Part shown: positions 54,718-61,991 of the stretch, piece by piece | Position numbering within the stretch: the stretch's first letter is position 1 | How the letters are laid out: each line of letters begins with the position of its first letter | Source: Clostridia bacterium | Lineage (GTDB): Bacteria > Bacillota > Clostridia > Oscillospirales > CAG-272 | Length of the DNA stretch: 64,000 nucleotides | Direction of reading: 5' to 3' | Assembly (NCBI GenBank): GCA_017451735.1 | Contig: JAFTNU010000001.1 | Span: 11,156 to 75,155, forward strand | Position numbers and translations under genes: made by a program | The notes under the pieces: model-generated | Told to the model about the DNA's origin: nothing | Database searches by the model: none | The model's input: the letters and a program-made list of their open reading frames with translations, nothing else

Positions 54718-54741
54718 AAAAACCGCAACGTTGCCGTTTTT
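54718..54741 (+). terminator. Element B hairpin repeat, copy 4
   Basis: AAAAACCGCAACGTTGCCGTTTTT, 3 nt after the Rep stop. Confidence 0.5.
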
Positions 54742-54834
54742 GACCTCTCCCTACCATCTCCTTTTTCTTTCTGAAAAAATGACATAACCTCGGCAGCCCT
54801 TGTGGTGCCGACTGTCTTAAACCAGTTTTCCATA

Positions 54835-55030
54835 TGTGGTAAGGTGGTGGCATGTACGGTAGATCGGTAGACTTTTGCACATGCATGGCTTGTGTGAAAG
54901 TCGTGAAGCCGATCACCGTGCAGGACAAAAAAGCGGTAGGCGGTCATGCCCCTCTGTGGTAAGGCGGCACCATAGGTAAAGCGGTAGGTTTTTGCACATG
55001 CGTAGCTTGTGTTAAAACCGTTAAGCCGAT
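54835..55030 (+). repeat. Iteron-like direct repeats (two ~78-nt units, ~120-bp period, plus shorter copies up to 55194)
   Basis: TGTGGTAAGG..GGTAG..TTTTGCACATGC..GCTTGTGT..AAGCCGAT occurs twice. The 18-mer GAAAGTCGTGAAGCCGAT is exact at 54896 and 55110. TTTCCAYATRKGG occurs three times. Confidence 0.65.
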
Positions 55031-55241
55031 TTGCCGTATATGGGGCAAAAATCGGTAGAGCTTTTCAACCGCCTTAGCGGTCGTAGACAGATCCCGAGGG
55101 GAGCTGTTGGAAAGTCGTGAAGCCGATTTTTAGGCTTTCCACATAGGGGCAGGAACGGCGTGAAGGCGCTTTTTAAGCTTTCCACATGTGGTAAACTTGC
55201 CGTCTGTGCAGAAACAGACAATAAAACTCAAACAAAAAAAG

Positions 55242-55267
55242 AGCCCATGAGAGCCATGGGCTTTTTG
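55242..55267. terminator. Bidirectional hairpin terminator
   Basis: A-run, AGCCCATG / CATGGGCT, T-run. Confidence 0.55.
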
Positions 55268-55272
55268 GCGTT

Positions 55273-55376
55273 GCGGCGGATTACGGTCAAGGGTGACGAA
55301 AGACGCATCGGGGGACGCCGAGGCAGGAGCGAAGCCCCCTCGGCGCCCCGCGCTTTCGCACCTTGACCGCCGCCGC
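55273..55376. other. About 104-nt GC-rich imperfect hairpin
   Basis: GCGGCGG..GGTCAAGG..CGAAAG..GGGGACGCCGAGG pairs with CCTCGGCGCCCC..CTTTCG..CCTTGACC GCCGCCGC. An overlapping alternative hairpin lies at 55371-55390. Confidence 0.55.
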
Positions 55377-55491
55377 GCGTCAGCGCGGCGGCGCTCGTCA
55401 AGTCAAGGTGTCGTCTAATGCTCATTTTTAAAAAAATGGGTGATGAGAGTGTATGTGATGTGACACTAATTCTCATAAATTACATTTAGGC

Positions 55492-55583
55492 CCGCCCAGC
55501 TGACTGATGATGATCTTGGCGTAATTGGCGTTGGGGGTCTTGATCTTAACGGGGTATTGCAGCTTCTTATCATAGGTCCACAT
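55492..55583 (-). pseudogene. cotJC: cotJC segment 1 of 3 (N-terminal piece)
   Basis: ATG at 55583 lies 3 nt after the cotJB stop, with an AAGGAGG RBS inside the cotJB end. MWTYDKKLQYPVKIKTPNANYAKIIISQLGG matches the B. subtilis CotJC N-terminus (MWVYEKKLQYPVKV..). It ends at the core CCGCC. Confidence 0.85.
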
Positions 55584-55586
55584 GGG

Positions 55587-55859
55587 TCAGTTTGCCTCCT
55601 TTTCCCAGGGCCAGGGGCCTTCGACCCATTCCCAGTTGTTTTCGCTTTGGTTGTTGTAGAGGGTGAGGGGGCCGAATTTCTCTTCGAATTCTGCCCTGAG
55701 CATGTCGGTGATCCTTTTATGCTCGTGGTAGTATTTCAATGCCTTTTTGTTGCCGGGGTGGGCATCCAGGTAAAGGGCAACCTCATAAAGGGCAAAATCC
55801 TCTGCCCGGAGCTTGTGCAGCAGGGCGGAGCGGTCATTGGAATTCATGCTTTGATTCAT
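55587..55859 (-). CDS. cotJB: Spore coat protein CotJB
   Basis: DFALYEVALYLDAHPGN..FGPLTL..WEWVEGPWPWE matches the CotJB pattern. Overlaps the cotJA stop. Confidence 0.85.
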   Translation of the reverse strand: MNQSMNSNDRSALLHKLRAEDFALYEVALYLDAHPGNKKALKYYHEHKRITDMLRAEFEEKFGPLTLYNNQSENNWEWVEGPWPWEKEAN

Positions 55860-56113
55860 TTAAGCCTCCCCGCCCCCAGAAAGGGCTTATCCAATTTCAT
55901 AAAGATGGTGCCCCGGGAAAGTCCTGCTTCGGGGGCGTAGATCTCTTCGAATTCCTGACAGGGCGAATAGACCATGGCAAGACTTCTGCCGGTCATGCAA
56001 TCGTTGGTATCGGATGCGGCACCGTCGCATCCGGGGGGCAAGGAACCGTCGCAACGGGGCGTGCAGTCCTGCTGCTCCCCGGAAAGCTCCTGCATGTTGT
56101 TCTGTTCATTCAC
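55856..56113 (-). CDS. cotJA: Spore coat-associated protein CotJA
   Basis: LAMVYSPCQEFEEIYAPEAGLSRGTIF fits the CotJA core. GTG start 9 nt after AAGGAG. Confidence 0.75.
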   Translation of the reverse strand: MNEQNNMQELSGEQQDCTPRCDGSLPPGCDGAASDTNDCMTGRSLAMVYSPCQEFEEIYAPEAGLSRGTIFMKLDKPFLGAGRLK

Positions 56114-56282
56114 GTCGGTGGTCTCCTTTTGGGTTGATAACGAGCGGAGAACCGCTCATTGACAGTATATGCCGACGGGGGAGAACTGTCGAAAAAAGTC
56201 ACTCTGCTCCCGACGGGGTGCGGCAGAATAGGCTTTATATAATTTTTTATGTAAAATAATCAAGGGAGCCTGCAAAAAAATC

Positions 56283-56311
56283 TTGACAAACGACAAGTTT
56301 CGTGGTATGAT
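56283..56311 (+). promoter_or_regulatory. Consensus sigma-A promoter of the pur operon
   Basis: TTGACA, 17-nt spacer, TATGAT. Confidence 0.6.
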
Positions 56312-56330
56312 TAACTCGTCAATCAAAAGG

Positions 56331-56412
56331 CCTTTGCGACTGACGGAAAACGTGGTTTACCACGGTGGAGCAAGGGCTCTTGCGGGCGGTGCCCGCGCCG
56401 ACCGTCTGGGCA
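56331..56412 (+). promoter_or_regulatory. ZTP (pfl-motif) riboswitch
   Basis: P1 CCUUUGC/GCAAGGG. GACUGACGG. P2 CGUGG-UUUA-CCACG. GGUGGAGC. Distal CCGUCUGGGCA, whose CCGUC is complementary to GACGG (pseudoknot). This matches the remembered consensus ..GACUGGCG..GGUGGA..CCGCCUGGGCA with a compensatory change. It lies upstream of purE. Confidence 0.75.
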
Positions 56413-56449
56413 CACTGATCCGATTCGGGTTAAGTGCGCCTTTTTTATT
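56409..56449 (+). terminator. Riboswitch expression-platform terminator
   Basis: GGCACACT .. AGTGCGCC (1 mismatch) followed by TTTTTTATT. The 5' arm overlaps the CUGGGCA pseudoknot strand. Confidence 0.5.
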
Positions 56450-56497
56450 GCGGGTGTGTTGATCGGCGCCTGCAAAGTTCACCCAAGGAGGACTCAA

Positions 56498-56995
56498 ATG
56501 AGCAAAAAAGTAGGAATTCTGATGGGGAGCGACAGCGACCTGCCCATCGTTCGCAAGGCCACCGATATGCTGGACTCGCTCGGTATCCCTTATGAGGTCC
56601 ATGTCTATTCGGCCCACCGCACCCCCGTGGAGGCGGCGGAATTCTCCAAAAACGCAAGAGCCAGCGGCTTTGGTGCCATGATCGCCTTTGCCGGCATGGC
56701 AGCACATCTGGCGGGCGCCGTGGCGGCCAACACCACCCTGCCCGTGATCGGCGTGCCCTGTAAATCCTCCAATCTTGACGGGCTTGACGCGCTCCTTTCC
56801 ACCGTGCAGATGCCCACGGGCATTCCCGTGGCCACCGTTGCCATCAACGGGGGCGGAAATGCCGCTCTGCTGGCGGCGCAGATCCTTGCCACCGCGGACG
56901 AGACGCTTGCCGAAAAGCTGATTGCCAAGCGCGCCGCCGATGCGGCCAAGGTATTGGAGAAGGATGCCGCTGTTTCTGCCGAATTCAATCGGTAA
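56498..56995 (+). CDS. purE: 5-(carboxyamino)imidazole ribonucleotide mutase
   Basis: RBS AAGGAGG. GILMGSDSDLP, SAHRTP, AGMAAHLAGAVAA, PVIGVP are canonical PurE motifs. Confidence 0.9.
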   Translation: MSKKVGILMGSDSDLPIVRKATDMLDSLGIPYEVHVYSAHRTPVEAAEFSKNARASGFGAMIAFAGMAAHLAGAVAANTTLPVIGVPCKSSNLDGLDALLSTVQMPTGIPVATVAINGGGNAALLAAQILATADETLAEKLIAKRAADAAKVLEKDAAVSAEFNR

Positions 56996-57091
56996 AAACG
57001 CCGTATCGATTTTCCCGATGGAGGATATTCCATCATCTCACAGAATCATGATCTGAAAAAAATAAATTTTCACCATAAAGGAGAAAACAAA

Positions 57092-57772
57092 ATGAAGCTC
57101 GTTTACACCGGAAAGACCAAGAACGTATATGCTCTGGACAACGGCAACTATCTGCTCAAATTCAAGGACGATTGCACCGGCAAGGACGGTGTATTCGATC
57201 CCGGCGAAAACTCGGTGGGTCTGACCATCGAGGGTGTGGGTGATGTCAATCTCCGTATGTCTATTTATTTCTTTGAGAAGATCAATGCCGCCGGCATTCT
57301 GACCCACTACGTCAGCGCCAACCTGAAGGACACCACCATGGAGGTCAAGCCCGCCAAGGTGTTCGGCAAGGGTCTGGAGGTCATCTGCCGCTACAAGGCC
57401 GTGGGCTCCTTCTACCGCCGCTACTCCGATTACTGCACCGAGGGCCAGGATCTGCCCGCATACGTGGAGACCACCTTCAAGAACGATGCCAAGGGCGATC
57501 CGCTGGTCACCAAGGACGGTCTGGTGGATCTGGGCGTGATGACCGCCAAGCAGTACGACGATTTGAAGGATATGACCCAGAAGATCACAAAGATCGTTGC
57601 CGATGATCTGAAGGCAAAGGGCCTTGATATGTACGACATCAAATTTGAGTTCGGCTATGACGCAGAGGGTAACGTGATGCTGATCGACGAGATCGCTTCG
57701 GGCAATATGAGAGTTTATAAGGATGGCGAGTATATTGACCCGATGACTCTCAACAAACTCTTTTTCGCGTAA
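57092..57772 (+). CDS. purC: SAICAR synthase
   Basis: [27 protein letters not shown], and LIDEI..GNMR at the C-terminus. Confidence 0.9.
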   Translation: MKLVYTGKTKNVYALDNGNYLLKFKDDCTGKDGVFDPGENSVGLTIEGVGDVNLRMSIYFFEKINAAGILTHYVSANLKDTTMEVKPAKVFGKGLEVICRYKAVGSFYRRYSDYCTEGQDLPAYVETTFKNDAKGDPLVTKDGLVDLGVMTAKQYDDLKDMTQKITKIVADDLKAKGLDMYDIKFEFGYDAEGNVMLIDEIASGNMRVYKDGEYIDPMTLNKLFFA

Positions 57773-58001
57773 AAATCGCACATAGTATCGTTGCTCCTCG
57801 CAGACGAACTCGACGTAGATCAACTACGCCATCGTCTGTCTGCTCCGGTGCGCCTAACTCTGCACGATTTTTCCTGTGAAAAAGTGGGTAGCCGGTAAAA
57901 GGAAATATACGATGAATGCCTTGCCCCGAAACGGGGCAAGGCTACCTCTGTCTTTTAGAAAAAACAAAAATCACATAAAAACGCTGTAAAGGAGCCGAAA
58001 A

Positions 58002-59054
58002 ATGGATCACAAAAATTCTCATTCCGCAAGCTACGCCGCCGCAGGCGTGGATATCACCGCAGGCTACAAGGCGGTGGAATTGATGAAAAAGCACGTTGCC
58101 CGCACCAAGAACGAGGGGTGTCTGGACGACGTGGGCGGCTTTGGCGGCTGCTTCGGTCTGCCCGTTGCCGGCATGGAGGAGCCCGTGCTGGTTTCGGGCA
58201 CCGACGGCTGCGGCACTAAGGTCAAGCTGGCTATTCTTATGGATAAGCACGACACCATCGGCATCGATGCCGTTGCCATGTGCGTCAACGATATCATCTG
58301 CGTGGGCGCAAAGCCTCTGTTTTTCCTTGATTACATCGCCTGTGGCAAGAACGTGCCCGAGAAGATCGCCGAGATCGTCAGCGGCGTGGCAGAGGGCTGT
58401 GTCCAGTCGGGCGCGGCGCTGATCGGCGGCGAGACGGCCGAGCATCCGGGTCTCATGCCCGTAGAGGACTATGACCTGGCGGGCTTTGCTGTGGGTATCG
58501 TAGACAAGAAAAAGATTCTGGATAAGACCAAAATGGCAGAGGGGGACGTGGTGATCGCACTGCCCTCCACGGGTATCCACTCCAACGGATTTTCTCTTTG
58601 CCGCAAGGTGTTCAACATTGACAATAACGATCCTCTACTTTACGTCAAACGGGACGAGCTGGGCGGCAAGACCATTGCCGAGGCACTGCTCACCCCCACC
58701 CGCATCTATGTCAAGCCGGTGTTGGCACTGCTGGAGAAGGTGAACGTAAAGGGCATTTCCCATATCACGGGCGGCGGCTTTTACGAGAATATCCCGCGCT
58801 CCATCCCCACGGGGCTGACGGCTAAGATCAACAAGTCCGCCGTTAAGATCCTGCCCATTTTCGATCTGATCGCCAAGTTCGGCAACATCCCCGAGCGCGA
58901 TATGTTCAACACCTACAATATGGGTGTGGGCATGAGCATCGTGGTGCCCGCAAACGAGGTCGGGACCGCTCTCGAGATCCTCAAGGCAAACGGCGAGGAT
59001 GCTTACGTGATCGGTGAGATCGTCAAGGGCGACGAGGGCGTGATCCTCGCGTAA
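58002..59054 (+). CDS. purM: Phosphoribosylformylglycinamidine cyclo-ligase (AIR synthase)
   Basis: YAAAGVDI, GGFGG, GTDGCGTK, DAVAMCVNDI, GGETAEHPG, HITGGG. Confidence 0.9.
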   Translation: MDHKNSHSASYAAAGVDITAGYKAVELMKKHVARTKNEGCLDDVGGFGGCFGLPVAGMEEPVLVSGTDGCGTKVKLAILMDKHDTIGIDAVAMCVNDIICVGAKPLFFLDYIACGKNVPEKIAEIVSGVAEGCVQSGAALIGGETAEHPGLMPVEDYDLAGFAVGIVDKKKILDKTKMAEGDVVIALPSTGIHSNGFSLCRKVFNIDNNDPLLYVKRDELGGKTIAEALLTPTRIYVKPVLALLEKVNVKGISHITGGGFYENIPRSIPTGLTAKINKSAVKILPIFDLIAKFGNIPERDMFNTYNMGVGMSIVVPANEVGTALEILKANGEDAYVIGEIVKGDEGVILA

Positions 59055-59065
59055 TGGGTGACAAT

Positions 59066-59665
59066 ATGAAAAAAGTACGTATTGCCGTGCTGGTTTCGGG
59101 CGGCGGCACCAATCTGCAGGCCCTGCTGGATGCCCAAGCCGCGGGGAAGATCTCACACGGCGAGATTGTTCTGGTGGTCTCCAACAAGGAGGGCGCGTAC
59201 GCCCTCACCCGTGCCGAAAAAGCGGGTGTGGAATCTGCCACTCTGCTCAAAAAGGAGCTGGGCGCCGAGGGCTTTGAGCAGGCGCTGATGACGTTGCTTG
59301 CCGAGAAGCAGATCGATCTGATCGTGCTGGCAGGCTTCCTTGCCATCCTTTCCGAAAAATTCACCAAGGCGTATGAAAAACGCATCATCAACGTGCATCC
59401 CTCCCTGATCCCCGCCTTTTGCGGCAAGGGGTATTATGGGCTGAAGGTACACGAGGCGGCTCTTTCCTACGGCGTCAAGGTGACGGGTGCCACCGTGCAT
59501 TTTGTCAACGAGGTGCCCGACGGAGGAGAGATCATTCTGCAAAAGGCAGTTTATATTGAAGAAGGGGATACCCCCGAGGTGCTTCAGCGCCGCGTGATGG
59601 AGCAGGCCGAGTGGCAGATCCTGCCCGAGGCGGTGGAAAAGGTTTGTAAGACCCTTTCCGAATAA
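59066..59665 (+). CDS. purN: Phosphoribosylglycinamide formyltransferase
   Basis: RIAVLVSGGGTNLQAL, NVHPSLIPAFCG, GATVHFV. An alternative start at 59054 overlaps the purM stop. Confidence 0.85.
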   Translation: MKKVRIAVLVSGGGTNLQALLDAQAAGKISHGEIVLVVSNKEGAYALTRAEKAGVESATLLKKELGAEGFEQALMTLLAEKQIDLIVLAGFLAILSEKFTKAYEKRIINVHPSLIPAFCGKGYYGLKVHEAALSYGVKVTGATVHFVNEVPDGGEIILQKAVYIEEGDTPEVLQRRVMEQAEWQILPEAVEKVCKTLSE

Positions 59666-59742
59666 GCCTATACCCCCCGGCCGAGCCTTGACAGATTGCA
59701 CCTATTGAGACTTGGCGAAAAGGAATCTAACAAGGAGAAAAA

Positions 59743-60465
59743 ATGATGGATATTTACGCAACGCCCACCATGGGCGAGAGAATCAAGGGCAACCCTTATG
59801 TGGGGCGCGGCATTGTCATCGGCAAGACCGCCGACGGTAAAAAGGCCGCCGTTGCCTATTTCATTATGGGCCGCAGTGCCAACAGCCGCAACCGCGTGTT
59901 TGTGGAGCGTGACGGTGCACTCTTTACCGAGCCCTTTGACGCAAGCCTTGTGGAGGACCCCTCCCTCATCATTTATGCGGCCATCCGCCGCTACAAGAAT
60001 CGGCTGATCGTCACCAACGGCGATCAGACCGATACGGTCTATCAGCTGATGAAGAGCGGTGCCACCTTTGAGGAGGCCCTCAACACCCGCGCCTTCGAGC
60101 CCGATGCCCCCAATCTGACCCCTCGCATCAGTGGATGTCTCACCTTCAAGGAGGATGACTTTTCCTATAAAATGAGCATTCTCAAATCCGCCGACGCGGA
60201 AGGCACCGCCTGCAACCGTTACAATTTCTCTTACGTGGCATTGCCCGGCGTGGGTCACTTCATTCACACCTACGTCACCGACGGCAATCCCATTCCCACC
60301 TTCCAGGGTGAGCCCGAGCGCGTTGGCATCGGCAACGATCTCACGGCCTTTGCCACCGATATCTGGGAGAATCTGAACGAGGAGAACAAGATTTCCTTGG
60401 TTGCCCGCTTTATCGACCTGGAAAGCGGCGATGAGGAGCAGGTGCTGATCAATAAGAATCAGTAA
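59743..60465 (+). CDS. IMP cyclohydrolase, PurO-like (stand-alone)
   Basis: RBS AAGGAGAAA. GNPYVGRGIVIGKT..YFIMGRSANSRNR fits the archaeal-type IMP cyclohydrolase family that accompanies truncated purH in Clostridia. Confidence 0.75.
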   Translation: MMDIYATPTMGERIKGNPYVGRGIVIGKTADGKKAAVAYFIMGRSANSRNRVFVERDGALFTEPFDASLVEDPSLIIYAAIRRYKNRLIVTNGDQTDTVYQLMKSGATFEEALNTRAFEPDAPNLTPRISGCLTFKEDDFSYKMSILKSADAEGTACNRYNFSYVALPGVGHFIHTYVTDGNPIPTFQGEPERVGIGNDLTAFATDIWENLNEENKISLVARFIDLESGDEEQVLINKNQ

Positions 60466-60524
60466 CCCACCGATCCAAACAGCAAAAGGGGAATGCCCCC
60501 AAAATCCACAAAGGAGTGATCACA

Positions 60525-61958
60525 ATGGCTGATAAGACTGGCTACATATCCCCGCTCTCCACTCGCTATGCGAGCCCCGAGATGCAGTATATTTTTTCCG
60601 AGAAATTCAAGTTCACCACCTGGCGCAGGTTTTGGATCGCCCTGGCAAAGGCAGAAAAGACGCTGGGGCTTGATATCACCGACGAGCAGATCGCCGAGCT
60701 GGAGGCTCATGCCGACGATGTGAACTTTGAGGTGGCAGAGGAGCGCGAGCGCGTTGTCCGTCACGATGTCATGAGCCATGTGTATGCCTACGGACAGCAG
60801 TGCCCCAAGGCTGCCCCCATCATCCATTTGGGCGCCACCTCCTGCTATGTGGGGGATAATACCGATGTTGTGATCCTGCGTGAGGCCGCCAATATTGTTT
60901 TGAAAAAGGCCGCACGTGTGCTTGCAAATCTTGCCGGGTTTGCCGATCGGTATAAATCCATGCCATGCCTTGCCTACACCCACTTGCAGCCCGCTCAGCT
61001 TACCACCGTGGGCAAGCGTGCCACACTCTGGATGAACGAGCTGGTGATGGATATCGAAAATATGGAATATCAGCTTTCTCAATTAAAGCTTCTGGGCTCC
61101 AAGGGTACCACGGGCACCCAGGCCAGCTTTATGGAGCTTTTTGAGGGGGATGAGGATAAGATCAAAAAAATGGAGGAGCTGATCGCCGCCGACATGGGCT
61201 TTGCCGGCTCTGTTCCGGTCTCGGGTCAGACCTACTCCCGCAAGGTGGATGCCTACTTCCTTTCGGTGCTCTCGGGCTTTGCACAGAGCGCCTATAAATT
61301 CTCCAACGATATGCGCATTCTCATGTCCTTTGAGGAGATGGAAGAGCCCTTTGGCAAGAGCCAGATCGGTTCCTCCGCCATGCCCTACAAGCGTAACCCC
61401 ATGCGGTGCGAGCGGATGTCGGCCCTTTCCCGCTTTGTGATCGCCAATGCCATCAATCCCGCCATGACCGCGGGCACCCAGTGGTTTGAGCGGACGCTTG
61501 ACGACAGCGCCAACCGCCGTTTGGCCATCTCGGAAGGGTTCCTTGCCGTGGATGCCATTTTCAACATTTACATCAATGTCACCGACGGTCTGGTGGTCTA
61601 CCCCAAGGTGGTGGAGCGCCGTGTTATGGAAAAGCTTCCCTTCATGGCCACCGAGAATATTATGATGGAATCGGTCAAGCGGGGCGGCAACCGCCAGGAG
61701 CTGCACGAGGTCATTCGCGTTCACTCCCATGCCGCCGCGGCAAAGGTCAAGCTGGAGGGCGGAGAGAACGATCTGATCGACCGTCTGGCCGCCGATGAGA
61801 ACATCCCCCTGACCAAGGAGGAGATTCTTGCTCAGCTGGATCCTGCCAAATATGTGGGGCGCAGTGCAGGGCAGGTTACCGAGTTCCTTGCCGACGTGGT
61901 ACAGCCCATCCTGGCCTGTTACAACACTGCCGAAATCAAGGCAGAGGTCAATCTGTGA
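60525..61958 (+). CDS. purB: Adenylosuccinate lyase
   Basis: RBS AAGGAG 8 nt upstream. PLSTRYASPEM, GSSAMPYKRNP signature, TQWFERTLDDS. Confidence 0.9.
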   Translation: MADKTGYISPLSTRYASPEMQYIFSEKFKFTTWRRFWIALAKAEKTLGLDITDEQIAELEAHADDVNFEVAEERERVVRHDVMSHVYAYGQQCPKAAPIIHLGATSCYVGDNTDVVILREAANIVLKKAARVLANLAGFADRYKSMPCLAYTHLQPAQLTTVGKRATLWMNELVMDIENMEYQLSQLKLLGSKGTTGTQASFMELFEGDEDKIKKMEELIAADMGFAGSVPVSGQTYSRKVDAYFLSVLSGFAQSAYKFSNDMRILMSFEEMEEPFGKSQIGSSAMPYKRNPMRCERMSALSRFVIANAINPAMTAGTQWFERTLDDSANRRLAISEGFLAVDAIFNIYINVTDGLVVYPKVVERRVMEKLPFMATENIMMESVKRGGNRQELHEVIRVHSHAAAAKVKLEGGENDLIDRLAADENIPLTKEEILAQLDPAKYVGRSAGQVTEFLADVVQPILACYNTAEIKAEVNL

Positions 61959-61991
61959 TCTCAGCCGCACCAAGAAGAACGGAGAAATAAA

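Larger units (their letters stand above)
35149..55496. mobile_element. Element B: ~20.3-kb serine-recombinase integrative element (prophage-like, rolling-circle Rep) inserted in cotJC
   Basis: Bounded by duplicated CCGCC cores (35149-35153, 55492-55496). The inner ends carry perfect 12-bp inverted arms TCATAAATTACA. Recombinase at the left end, CI/Cro switch, and Rep plus a non-coding ori-like region at the right end. Confidence 0.85.

Noticed and set aside
57038-57823. 261-aa minus-strand ORF
   Set aside because: It is antisense to purC.
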